Shown here: positions 9,513-18,423 of the stretch, in pieces
How the letters are laid out: every line of letters starts with the position of its first letter
Numbering within the stretch: position 1 is the stretch's first letter
Origin: Deltaproteobacteria bacterium
GTDB taxonomy: Bacteria; Desulfobacterota; Desulfobulbia; Desulfobulbales; VMSU01
Reading direction: 5' to 3'
Assembly (NCBI GenBank): GCA_021782655.1
Contig: JAJXUT010000001.1
Coordinates: forward strand, 5,704-69,703
DNA: 64,000 bases
Program-made: the position numbers and the translations under genes
The notes under the pieces: generated by a model
Database searches by the model: none
Told to the model about the DNA's origin: nothing
The model's input: only the letters and a program-made list of their open reading frames with translations

Positions 9513-11474
9513 TCATTTGGGCCGCAGGGTCAGCTTGCCCTCCCCGGTATTCAAATCCATCTTGAACCGCCCCAGGTAATTCAAGCCCAAGAGCCCCACC
9601 CCCGGCTGATCTGGAATATCCATCACCAGGGCGCGGACGTTGTGCTCCGCCCAGCCCTCGACCTCCAAGGTGTCGATCAGCACCTCGGTGGCAGCGACCA
9701 CCCCGCCGGCGGTGGACACCTGGTGCTGATCCCAGTGATCCCCCCGCACCACCTTCAGGTTCAAGGCCTCGGCGGTCGCCGAGGGAATCGACACCATCGA
9801 GGCCCCGGTATCGACCATGAACTTCTGGTTGACCGCCTGGTTTAAGGCCGCCGACACCGGGATCAAGCTGCTGCCGGGGGGAAAACGGATCACGATCCGG
9901 CCCGCGTCGCCCTTCATCTCGGCGATCTTTCTGGCCAGCAGCTCGGCCCGATCCTGCAACTCCGGCGGGTAGCTCATCATGGCCAAAAGCCGCTCCGCCT
10001 CCCGCCAGTTGTTGTTCAGCAGGGCCAGCTCCACCGCCATCAGATGCAGATAGGGATCGTTGGGATAGAAGGCCTTGCCCCGGGCCAGGACATCGGCCGC
10101 CTCATCGAGCGACTTCACGGTCAAGAGCGACTGAAGCCACTCCCGGTACAACCGCAGATGCAAGTCGTTGACCGCCGGCACATCCACCCCCCCCCGCTCC
10201 ACCAACTCCCGGCCCACGGTCTCAATCTTCTTGGTGGCGGCCTCAAAGCCCTGGCTGGCAGTGACGGCGGGGATCATATCCAGGAATAGGGAGATGTCGC
10301 CGATCTCAAGCAGCACCTGATCACGCAAGGCGGCAACCACCTGAGGGCCCTGGCCGCTGCGGATCAACTTGCCGCACAACTTGCGCAGCAAGGCCACCGC
10401 CCCCTCGGGCCGCAGGTATTCCGGGGTGTCGGCAGGGGATAGTTTCGGCGGCAGGGAGAAGGCCTCGGCCAAAACAGCAAACACCTCGGCATCCGGGGAT
10501 TTTCCCCGCATGGACAAGGCGAGACCGATTTTCTCCTCCCGACCGCCAGCGAAGGTGCGGCCGTAAAAGTCGTGGGGATCGGTATTGGTGGTCAGCTTCG
10601 CCTCCGCCGGCCCGGTCCACAGGTAGGCCCCATCCCGCCAGGTTCCAAAGGTGAAGCCGACGATGGCCTTACCCTGGACGAACACCCCCACCTCCTTTAA
10701 GCCCTTGGGGATGACGCAGACCACGAAATCACCCTGCCGCTGGCCCGGCTCCAGCCGCACCCCGGTCACCTCGCGCTCCGACTCCAGGCTCATCCAGCCC
10801 AAGGGGATATCGCCCCGGAAGGCAGCCAGGGATAGGCCGTCGCCGCCAGCAGCGGGCGGCGGGGTTCGCCAGAGCCCGACATCCTGGCCCTCATCCCAGC
10901 GCCCGGCCACGATCTCCGCCTGCCGGCCATCGTCACGGACCAGCGTCCACCGGTAGCCAGCAACCAGCGCCCTGGCCGGCAAGGCAAGCCAACCGCCCAC
11001 CGTGACCGCACTGCGCACCCTGGTGACCAGGTGGCCCCAGGGGTCGGCAATCGTCACCCAGCCAGCGTTCAAGGTGGCCACGGACTTGGCCTTGGTTGAC
11101 GCGGACGGCGCGGGGGACGATTCTTGGGCCGGGGCGGCGGCGTGGGTCTCGCCAGCGTTGGCGTCCCGCTTGGCCTTCTGCTTCAACATTGCGGCCAGTT
11201 GCACCCGCATCGCCTCCCGCTTGGCGGCCAACTCATCCTCCCGCGCCTGCCGCTCGACAGGCGACAACTGCCGCTCCGCAATGGCATGAGGGAAAATCGC
11301 CTCCCTAAACACCGTGATAAAGGCGGCGGCCCACAGCAAAAACAAAATCCCGGCCACCGCGATCTGCCGGGAACGGAAACGATCGCTGCGCCGCTGCAAC
11401 TGCAAGGGAGCACCGCATTTTTCGCAATGCCGCCGGGCGCTGTCGTTGCTGGTGTTACAGCGGACGCAAATCAA
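9513..11474 (-). CDS. Zinc-ribbon / single-TM / TPR-like / retropepsin-like (clan AA, DTGA) aspartic protease protein
   Basis: N-terminal CVRCNTSN..HCEKCGAPL. TM segment IAVAGILFLLWAAAFITVF. C-terminal FMVDTGASMVSIPSATAEAL..STAGG..LLGLNYL is typical of bacterial retropepsin-like proteases. Confidence 0.75.
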   Translation of the reverse strand: MICVRCNTSNDSARRHCEKCGAPLQLQRRSDRFRSRQIAVAGILFLLWAAAFITVFREAIFPHAIAERQLSPVERQAREDELAAKREAMRVQLAAMLKQKAKRDANAGETHAAAPAQESSPAPSASTKAKSVATLNAGWVTIADPWGHLVTRVRSAVTVGGWLALPARALVAGYRWTLVRDDGRQAEIVAGRWDEGQDVGLWRTPPPAAGGDGLSLAAFRGDIPLGWMSLESEREVTGVRLEPGQRQGDFVVCVIPKGLKEVGVFVQGKAIVGFTFGTWRDGAYLWTGPAEAKLTTNTDPHDFYGRTFAGGREEKIGLALSMRGKSPDAEVFAVLAEAFSLPPKLSPADTPEYLRPEGAVALLRKLCGKLIRSGQGPQVVAALRDQVLLEIGDISLFLDMIPAVTASQGFEAATKKIETVGRELVERGGVDVPAVNDLHLRLYREWLQSLLTVKSLDEAADVLARGKAFYPNDPYLHLMAVELALLNNNWREAERLLAMMSYPPELQDRAELLARKIAEMKGDAGRIVIRFPPGSSLIPVSAALNQAVNQKFMVDTGASMVSIPSATAEALNLKVVRGDHWDQHQVSTAGGVVAATEVLIDTLEVEGWAEHNVRALVMDIPDQPGVGLLGLNYLGRFKMDLNTGEGKLTLRPK

Positions 11475-11522
11475 CCGCGTTTACCACCGACAAGAAGCGA
11501 CATGGGCCAAGACACGGGAATA

Positions 11523-12449
11523 CTACCGGAAAAGCTTGGGATTGCCAGCGACCTTGCGCACCAACTCGCGATAGTCACTGGCGCCGGGGGAACCGGGGGC
11601 GAACTCGTAGATGCTCTGGCCGTAAGCAGGGGCCTCGGACAGCCGGACGTTGTAGCGAATGGGGGCGCAGACGTTGTTACCGTAAAGCTCCTGGAGCCGC
11701 TCCAGAATGCCCACCGACTTCTTGACCCGCATATCCAGGAAGGTAGGCAGGATGTACTTCAAGGCCACTTGCGGGCGATACTTCTGGATCGAGGCGATAC
11801 TCTTCAAGAACTCCATCAGCCCCTGAATCGACATCACCTCCAGCGAAACCGGGGTCAGGATCTCGCTGACATAGAAGAGGATGTTAACCGTCAGGGGGTC
11901 CCAGCCGGGGGAGGTATCGACTACCACGTAGTCAAAGACCGCGTCCAGTCCGGTCAGGCTCTCGGCCAAGGTCAACTCGCCGCCAAAGTCCTTGCGTCCG
12001 ATCAGTCGCTTGACCCCGGCCAGGGACTTACCCCCGGCCAGGAGCCAGAGGCGATCCCGTACCTGAAGCATGGCCTCTTCCGGGCGCAGTTCCCCCATGA
12101 CCAGCTCGGTTAGGCCCGCCTTGGGGGTCACCCCCAGCATGTAACTGGACTGGCCCTGGGTATCGGTATCCACCAGCAGCACCTTGAACCCGGCCAGCGC
12201 CAACCCCACCGCCAAATTCACCGCCGTGGTGGTCTTGCCCACCCCTCCCTTGCTCAACGAAACGCTGATCCGACGCGGGCCGCTGTCCTTTGCGGACACC
12301 ACCGGCTGCTCGATCGCGCTCTCCGGCGCCGGTTCGGCCAGAGGGAAACTGGCCCCGCAAGATTTGCACCTCGCCTTCTTAACGTTAACGGGAATGGCCT
12401 TTTCATCAATGTGGTGCTGCTTCTTGCATTGGGGGCAGGTGATAATCAT
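11523..12449 (-). CDS. ParA/MinD-family ATPase with N-terminal MJ0042-type zinc finger
   Basis: MIITCPQCKKQHHI..ARCKSCGASFPL zinc finger. Deviant Walker A SLSKGGVGKTTTAVNLA..LLVDTDTQGQ and Walker B DYVVVDTSPG. Start set at ATG 12449. Confidence 0.85.
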   Translation of the reverse strand: MIITCPQCKKQHHIDEKAIPVNVKKARCKSCGASFPLAEPAPESAIEQPVVSAKDSGPRRISVSLSKGGVGKTTTAVNLAVGLALAGFKVLLVDTDTQGQSSYMLGVTPKAGLTELVMGELRPEEAMLQVRDRLWLLAGGKSLAGVKRLIGRKDFGGELTLAESLTGLDAVFDYVVVDTSPGWDPLTVNILFYVSEILTPVSLEVMSIQGLMEFLKSIASIQKYRPQVALKYILPTFLDMRVKKSVGILERLQELYGNNVCAPIRYNVRLSEAPAYGQSIYEFAPGSPGASDYRELVRKVAGNPKLFR

Positions 12450-12495
12450 AGACGGCGGCTCCAGCCTGCGATTGTCATACGCTTCTTGAAAAAAA

Positions 12496-12594
12496 TAAGC
12501 CGTCGAATGGAAACAACCTGACAAGCCTCACGGCAACGGCAAAAAGCCGTAAGGATCGGGGAATTGTCCCAGTTGTTCTGCACGGCTCCTAAAG
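12496..12594. repeat. Intergenic repeat family A, copy A1 (structured about 100-nt element)
   Basis: TAAGCCGTCGAATGG..AACAACCTGACAAGCCTCACGGCAACGGCAAAAAGCCGTAAGGATCGGGGAATTGTCCCAGTTGTT..ACGGCTCCTAAAG. Roughly three-quarters identical by eye to 22669-22780. Nested inverted repeats (CCTCACGGC/GCCGTAAGG and ACGGC/GCCGT). Confidence 0.6.
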
Positions 12595-12634
12595 AAAACG
12601 GGTCAGGAGGCCTTGGGCCCAGGCCCAAGCCGAT

Positions 12635-13036
12635 TCACTTCTTCAGGCTCTCCTCCTTCAGCAGCTCCTGAATCAAGGCGCTGTCCTTGCCCTTGGCCTC
12701 GAAATCCTTGAGCACCATGGCCACCGCGCTTTCTACGATACGTGACTTGGTGGCCATAAACCGGGCCTCGGCGGGCAAGAGATCCTTAACCCCCTCCTTG
12801 GCGTCGCCCAGGGTCTCGAACACCTCGGTAGCCAGGTAGTGGGTAGTCTTGTGGCACGGCCCGCGCCGGCCCCTAGCCGTCGGCGAGGCGGCGGTGGCCG
12901 CCTTCTTGGTCACGGGACGAGAGGTAGCCTGTGGCCGGATCAACTGGCCAAGCTCCTCCAGGCCCCGGATGGCGCCATGCTGGGAGTCGGCCAGAATGTC
13001 GGCCAGAATGTCGCGCTGCTTAGGTTTCTCGGGCAT
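12635..13036 (-). CDS. Hypothetical 133-aa protein, possible ribbon-helix-helix partner of the downstream ParA
   Basis: Non-overlapping ORF between the PilZ and ParA genes on the same strand. C-terminal KTTHYLATEVFETLGD..KSRIVESAVAMVLKDF has a strand-helix-helix look. No family recognised. Confidence 0.5.
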   Translation of the reverse strand: MPEKPKQRDILADILADSQHGAIRGLEELGQLIRPQATSRPVTKKAATAASPTARGRRGPCHKTTHYLATEVFETLGDAKEGVKDLLPAEARFMATKSRIVESAVAMVLKDFEAKGKDSALIQELLKEESLKK

Positions 13037-13051
13037 AATGCCAAGTGGTGG

Positions 13052-13489
13052 TCAAGAAAAGAGAGAGCTGCGGCTCTTCTTAAGATAGTCCAGGATGGCC
13101 TCTTGGCATTCGGGGCTCATGGCGGTGATCTCGATACCGCACAGGTCCTGGGCCCCGTCGCTGGCGCGATGCACCACCACCCCATCCACCAAGAAGGTCT
13201 GCCCGTCGATGGCGAACTGCATCCCGGAGAGCTTGGTCTTTAAGGTGAACCCACCCTGTTCGTTCAGGTAGATGCCGATTCCGTTGCCGCTCAGGTTGAA
13301 TACGGCATAGGAGACCCCGTCGATTACCAGGCGCATCCTCCGGGACAACTCGACCGGGGCGCGAAACCCTTGCCGGATGATCTTCTGAAGCTCCGTCTCC
13401 CGACCCTCAAGCCCCTCCGTCCGCCCCTCATCCCCAGTGTCAAAATCAAACTCAAGCCCTGGTTCATGCCTCATATCCATCTCCACCAT
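13052..13489 (-). CDS. PilZ domain protein (c-di-GMP receptor motifs intact)
   Basis: RQGFR (RxxxR) followed by NLSGNG ([D/N]xSxxG), then a beta-barrel-like remainder. First gene of the minus-strand operon. Confidence 0.75.
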   Translation of the reverse strand: MVEMDMRHEPGLEFDFDTGDEGRTEGLEGRETELQKIIRQGFRAPVELSRRMRLVIDGVSYAVFNLSGNGIGIYLNEQGGFTLKTKLSGMQFAIDGQTFLVDGVVVHRASDGAQDLCGIEITAMSPECQEAILDYLKKSRSSLFS

Positions 13490-13794
13490 TAAGCCTCCTT
13501 GCCTCGCTCCGCCACCCGGGCCCGCAAGGCTTCGGAATCACCTGGACAACTGGCCAGGGGCCCGGCCCGCTGACCAGGCCGCCCCGCTCTACCGAGCCGT
13601 CACTAGAATTATTAAATAAGTCCTGGTCTAGGATGTCAAACAATAATTCGCCAGGCGCCAGGCATAAAAAAAGTTGCCAACCCAAAATGACCGTGTTAAG
13701 TTGGCACAAATTATTGCCTGGATATTGGTAAAATTCCACCAGGCAAAGGATGCCTCGGCAATGCCCCGCGTCCAACTATAAATGGAGCCCCCCC

Positions 13795-14586
13795 ATGAAC
13801 CATCCGCGTCTGCTGCGGGCACTGCTGGTCTTTCCCTGCCTGTTTGCCCCCCATCCGGCCATCGCCGACTCATACTCCAGCGACGACAACAAGATCGACG
13901 TCCTCGACTACGGCACCGCCTACTCTAACATCTCGAACTACTGGTACTGGGTGAGCCAGGCGGGAGGCATATACACCTCGCCGATTGTCGGCGGCACCAA
14001 AACAACCCAGGACGGCCAATCGGTGCCCACCGACGCCTATTCGGTTACCTTCTGGGACACGCACAACTACTCGCATCCGACCTGGATCGAGTACTCAGCA
14101 CCCCTGACGGCGGGAAACTGGCGGATCGGACTGAACGTGGAGAACTTCGAATGGGCCTCCCCAGGCCAGGACAAACGGGTGCCCCTGGCCTACTCGTTTA
14201 GGATCAACTACGAAAACGCCCCTGGCAGCGGCCCAGACTTCGGCGACAACGGCTCGCCGCTCGACGACCATGACGGCAACAATTCAGGCATCACCGGCAG
14301 CGACACCACCCCCTTTTACGGCTACTTCTGCCTGTCGCTCGCCAGCGCCGCCCAGGTGACGGTGCGTTACCTGTGGGATAACGACGCCGCTTACGATTGC
14401 TGGGATGACAGCCACACCATCCACTACGACTCCAACCTGGAGATCAGATCCGCCTTCTTCGACCACGAAGACGATGGCCACTGCGGCAACTCGCCGGTAC
14501 CGGAACCCGCCACCCTGCTCAGCCTGGGGTCGGGGCTCTCCCTTTTCCTGGCCCGCCGGCGCCGACGCGGCAGGCCGCAGCTCTAG
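13795..14586 (+). CDS. PEP-CTERM sorting-domain secreted protein
   Basis: Signal peptide MNHPRLLRALLVFPCLFAPHPAIA. C-terminal VPEPATLLSLGSGLSLFLARRRRR is PEP-CTERM (PEP motif, TM, Arg cluster). Confidence 0.8.
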   Translation: MNHPRLLRALLVFPCLFAPHPAIADSYSSDDNKIDVLDYGTAYSNISNYWYWVSQAGGIYTSPIVGGTKTTQDGQSVPTDAYSVTFWDTHNYSHPTWIEYSAPLTAGNWRIGLNVENFEWASPGQDKRVPLAYSFRINYENAPGSGPDFGDNGSPLDDHDGNNSGITGSDTTPFYGYFCLSLASAAQVTVRYLWDNDAAYDCWDDSHTIHYDSNLEIRSAFFDHEDDGHCGNSPVPEPATLLSLGSGLSLFLARRRRRGRPQL

Positions 14587-14610
14587 TAGCCCCCACTGCC
14601 GCCGGACGGT

Positions 14611-16902
14611 TTACGGCTTGCCAAGCTGGGCGAGCAGGGTCTTAGCCGCCTCCAGTTCCGGGAACTTATCCTTGCCCCCTAAGTCAATCGCCTGCTTAAG
14701 CTCCTGCGCGGCCCCGGCCTTGTCCCCCAGCTTGGCCAAGGTCATCCCCAGATGATAGTGCACCGTCGGGTTGTCTCCCAGCTTCTTCAGGGCCTGGGTG
14801 AACTGGGTCTTGGCCAGGTCGTAGGAACCACGCTTAAAGTGCACCCAGCCCACGGTATCGGCCACGTAAGGGTCATCCGGGGCCCCGGACTTGGCCACCA
14901 TCGCCAGGCGCAAGGCCTCGCCCAGGTCCTGGCCACTCTCCGCCAGATACCAGCTTAAATTGTTGGCCGCCGGCGCAAAGCTGGCGTCGTCCTGCAAGAT
15001 GGCCCGATACTCCTTGGCGGCCTGTTCATGCTTACCCTCCACGTCCAGGAGCAACCCCAACTGCATCCGCACCGAGTTCAGCTTGGGGTTGGCGGCCAGG
15101 GCGGCCTGGTACTGCTTAATCGCCTCCTCGGTCTTGCCCTCCTTCTGCAGCAGGTTGGCCAGGACAATATAGGGGGCAGGCAGCTTAGGGGCCAGCTCGA
15201 TTGCCCGCCTTAGACTCCCCACCGCCTCCCCGGCCCGGTTCAGACTGACCGCCAGGCCGGCGTAGGCCAGGTGCAGGGCCGGATTGTCGGGGAACTTCTC
15301 GACCATGGCCTTGGCCCGGGCCATCGCCTCGTCCGCCTTATTCTCCTTGACAAGGATGCCCAAGATATACCCCAAGGCCACGTCCGACTGGGGGGCCAAC
15401 TCCAGCACCTGCTCGAACTGGTCTTTGGCCAAGTCCAGCTTGCCCTGGCCGAGATAAGCCACCCCCATCGCCAGGATGGTGTTGGGTTCCTTGGGCAGGG
15501 CCTTGTGGATCTGGCCCAGGAGTGCCAAGGCCCGGTCGTAGTCCTTCTCGATTACCAGGCAACGGCCCAGGATCAAGGCCGCCGCCACATTGCTGGGATC
15601 GAGTTGCAAAACGGTGATCGCCTCCCGCTTGGCGTCGGAGACCGCGTTTTCCTTCTCGTAGAGATCGGCCAGCAGCAGCCGGGCCTGGACATGGGCCGGG
15701 GCGTCCTTGATCGCCTCCTGGGCCGAGGAGATGGCAAGCTTGTCGTTCTGCTGGGCGTAATACACCCTGGCCTTGACGTAATGGGCCTCCGCCGACTGCG
15801 GCTGCTCCTTTAACACCTTGTCGATCAGGCCCATGGCGTCATCCAGTTTCCGGTCGTTAATCAGGAGCTTGGCCTTGACGACCTGGGCATTTAAGTTGCC
15901 CTTGTCGGTGGCGAGGATCTTGTCCACCAGGGCGCTGGCCTGGGGAAACTTACCGAAATCGACGTACAGGTTGGCGAGCAGGCCCTCGATATCAGTCGCC
16001 ACCTTGGGCGGGGCCAGGGCCACGGCCTGCTGGTAGGCCGCCTCCGCCTTGGGGAAGTCCTTCTGCCGTTTGTAGAAGTTGGCCAAGGCCACCAGGGGCT
16101 CGGCCTCCTTAGGGGCCAGGCTGGCCGCCTTTTTCCAGGCCGCCTCCGCCTGTTCCCGCTGATGCTGCGACTCGTAAAACGAGGCCTGGGCCATGAAGGC
16201 CTGGGGCGAGTCGGGCAGGGCGGCCACCAAGGCACCCATCTCGGCCTCGGCCTGAGACTGCTTCTTCTCCTCCAGGTAGATGGCGGTCAAGGCCCGGTAA
16301 TGGCCGATCTCCTTGGGCTCCAGACCGATCGCCTTCTTAAGCGCCGCCTCCGCCTCGTCGAACTTCTTTTCCTTGACCAGGATCTGGGCCCTAAGCACCT
16401 GCAAGCGGCCAAGCTCCGGCTTGATGGCGATTGCCTTGTCCGCCGTGCGCAGGGCGGTGTCGTCGTTGTTGGTGGCCATATTCAGGTTGGCAAGCAGCAC
16501 CAGGGCCTCGACGTTTTTGGGGTCGGAGGCCAGGAGCAGATCGATCTTCTTGCGGCAGTCGTCGTACTTCTTGCTGAGCAGCAAGACGGCCGCCACCTGG
16601 TACTGGGCGTCCAGGTTCTTGGGGTCCAGGCTAGCGGCGATGGACATCTCCCGAAAGGCCGCCTGGCCGTCATGGCTCTTGATTAAGGCCTGCCCCAGGA
16701 GGTAATGGGCCTGGCCGTTCTTGGGGGCCAACTGCACGGCGTTCTTAAGCTCGATCACCGCCTCCTTAACCTGGCCCTTGCCCAGCATCGCCTGGCCTTT
16801 GGTCAGATACTCCGCGGCCCGTTTTTCCTTGCTGGTGCAGGCGAAAAGCGACAGGAGAACACACAACACGACAAAAATTCGACGCGGATGAGGGCGGGGC
16901 AT
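14611..16902 (-). CDS. PEP-CTERM-system-type TPR-repeat lipoprotein (PrsT-like)
   Basis: Lipobox LSLFAC after MPRPHPRRIFVVLCVLL. About 760 aa of tandem TPR repeats (..AEYLTKGQAMLGKGQVKEAVIELKNAVQLAPKN..). Convergent with the PEP-CTERM gene. Confidence 0.75.
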   Translation of the reverse strand: MPRPHPRRIFVVLCVLLSLFACTSKEKRAAEYLTKGQAMLGKGQVKEAVIELKNAVQLAPKNGQAHYLLGQALIKSHDGQAAFREMSIAASLDPKNLDAQYQVAAVLLLSKKYDDCRKKIDLLLASDPKNVEALVLLANLNMATNNDDTALRTADKAIAIKPELGRLQVLRAQILVKEKKFDEAEAALKKAIGLEPKEIGHYRALTAIYLEEKKQSQAEAEMGALVAALPDSPQAFMAQASFYESQHQREQAEAAWKKAASLAPKEAEPLVALANFYKRQKDFPKAEAAYQQAVALAPPKVATDIEGLLANLYVDFGKFPQASALVDKILATDKGNLNAQVVKAKLLINDRKLDDAMGLIDKVLKEQPQSAEAHYVKARVYYAQQNDKLAISSAQEAIKDAPAHVQARLLLADLYEKENAVSDAKREAITVLQLDPSNVAAALILGRCLVIEKDYDRALALLGQIHKALPKEPNTILAMGVAYLGQGKLDLAKDQFEQVLELAPQSDVALGYILGILVKENKADEAMARAKAMVEKFPDNPALHLAYAGLAVSLNRAGEAVGSLRRAIELAPKLPAPYIVLANLLQKEGKTEEAIKQYQAALAANPKLNSVRMQLGLLLDVEGKHEQAAKEYRAILQDDASFAPAANNLSWYLAESGQDLGEALRLAMVAKSGAPDDPYVADTVGWVHFKRGSYDLAKTQFTQALKKLGDNPTVHYHLGMTLAKLGDKAGAAQELKQAIDLGGKDKFPELEAAKTLLAQLGKP

Positions 16903-17020
16903 GGCGGGACTCCTTGGGGGTGGGGTTAGCTGCGGATGAATTACTAGGACAATCCTATCCGTCAGCATAAACGCAAGCGGCCAGGAATGTCAAGGCGAGC
17001 GGTGAAGAGCGGCGATTATG

Positions 17021-17085
17021 ATATGCCGGACGAGCCAAGCCGCCCCGCACCGCCGCAGATCGGCCTTTTGGCAACCTCATCATGG
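17021..17085. repeat. Intergenic repeat family B, copy B3 (right module only)
   Basis: ATATGCCGGACGAGCCAAGCCGCCCCGCACCGCCGCAGATCGGCCTTTTGGCAAC closely matches the reverse complement of 37549-37607 and matches 28346-28376. Confidence 0.55.
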
Positions 17086-17187
17086 CTGGCATGTATCGTG
17101 CAACAATTAACAGCCAACCGGCGCAATTTTCCGGGCTGCGCCTTGATTTTGCTGATCTAAATGACCAGTTGCCGACGTGAGGAGAGG

Positions 17188-17412
17188 ATGAGGAAGGTGG
17201 AATGGCAAAAAATTCCCCGTCAAAATAATGACGGCGGGTGGCGGAGGCTGCGAATTTGCCTGCTGATCCTGGTCGGCCTGCTGCTCGCCTCCTGCGGGGC
17301 GGGTGGCGGGGCGTTGTCGGTTGGGGGCTTGCGCTGGCGCACTTATTGGCCAACCCCCTCCCTCGACCGCTACGAACCGGTGGTCTATCCCTCCCGCCCG
17401 GCGGGACAGTGA
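17188..17412 (+). CDS. Candidate small lipoprotein (74 aa), first gene of the lipoprotein operon
   Basis: GAGGAGAGG Shine-Dalgarno sequence ahead of ATG 17188. Lipobox LLLASC in RICLLILVGLLLASCGAGG. Stop lies 9 nt before the next gene. Confidence 0.4.
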   Translation: MRKVEWQKIPRQNNDGGWRRLRICLLILVGLLLASCGAGGGALSVGGLRWRTYWPTPSLDRYEPVVYPSRPAGQ

Positions 17413-17420
17413 GGAAGGTC

Positions 17421-18140
17421 ATGCGCGGGAAAATCACCTGGGGATTGCCGCTGGCCGCTGCGGCCCTTATCGGGGCCGGATTCGTGACTGAGGGCGGAAA
17501 AACGGCGGCGGCGGAACTAGACTCAGGACCACCCGGCTACCAGTACCGGGCGGAGGGGCCAGTCAAGCCGACGCCGGGGAATAACCCCGGCCTCACTGCC
17601 ACCGGCATGACCTCGGGGCCCGGCCATGACATCCCGGCAGCGGAATCCGAAGAGTTGAGGCAGCGGGTCAAGGAGCTGACCCGGCAACTCCTGCACAACG
17701 CCCCCCACTGGCTCGGCGAGGATTACACCCTGACCGTCAACACCTTCGTCAACCTCAAGAACCTCTACGCCACCTCCTCCCTGGGCCGCTACCTGGGCGA
17801 GCAGATGCTCGGCGAGTTGCAGGCCGCCGGGGTGGGGGTGATCGATGTCCGCAAGGGCAACGGGCTGTTGATCCGCGAGGGCTTCGGCGAATACGGCCTC
17901 TCCCGGGACATCAAGGAACTTAGCGGCCGCTTCCCCTCCCAGGCAATGGTGGTCGGCACCTACACCTACGCCGACGGCCAGATCCTCTTGAACGCCCGGC
18001 TGCTTCGCAACCGCGACGGGATGGTGCTCTCCCACGCCAGTATCGCCTTTAAGCTAGACGACCTAACCCGCCAGTTACTGCAAGACGAGGCCGCCCCGCC
18101 CCGTCCCGGCGGCGAGGTGCGGATCGAGGCCGGCCGCTGA
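17421..18140 (+). CDS. Secreted FlgO-like domain protein
   Basis: Signal peptide MRGKITWGLPLAAAALIGAG. TFVNLKNLYATSSLGRYLGEQMLGELQAAGVGVIDVR..VVGTYTYADGQILLNARLL resembles the FlgO-family pattern (recalled, not searched). Paralogous to 18420-19025. Confidence 0.6.
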   Translation: MRGKITWGLPLAAAALIGAGFVTEGGKTAAAELDSGPPGYQYRAEGPVKPTPGNNPGLTATGMTSGPGHDIPAAESEELRQRVKELTRQLLHNAPHWLGEDYTLTVNTFVNLKNLYATSSLGRYLGEQMLGELQAAGVGVIDVRKGNGLLIREGFGEYGLSRDIKELSGRFPSQAMVVGTYTYADGQILLNARLLRNRDGMVLSHASIAFKLDDLTRQLLQDEAAPPRPGGEVRIEAGR

Positions 18141-18144
18141 CCGG

Positions 18145-18423
18145 ATGGACATGAAGCACAACCACAAAATAACCACCTGCCTGCTGGGCCTAATGCTTGC
18201 AGCCAGCGGCTGCGGGCGCTTGGGGCTGGGGCCGGGCCCAAGCATGGAGCGCTACGCCAACGAACGCTACCAAACGGCGATGCGCCTTATGGATGCCGGC
18301 CGCTTCGAGCTGGCCAAGGAGGAGTTCACGGTGGCGGAGAAAAGCGCCCTGAGTCCCGAGTTGCGCCAGTCGGCCAAGGACGGTCGGCTCAAGGCAGAGG
18401 CGATCATCGAGGCCAAACGGTGA
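18145..18423 (+). CDS. Small helical lipoprotein (92 aa)
   Basis: Lipobox LAASGC. Helical, TPR-like mature part (YQTAMRLMDAGRFELAKEEF). 4-nt gap to the upstream gene and overlaps the downstream start. Confidence 0.6.
   Translation: MDMKHNHKITTCLLGLMLAASGCGRLGLGPGPSMERYANERYQTAMRLMDAGRFELAKEEFTVAEKSALSPELRQSAKDGRLKAEAIIEAKR

Noticed and set aside
13702-13718. Sigma54-type promoter TGGCACAAATTATTGC upstream of the PEP-CTERM gene.
   Set aside because: The GG-to-GC spacing is 11 nt rather than the strict 10 nt, so it is not called as a feature. It could still be tested, because PEP-CTERM loci are often sigma54-dependent.
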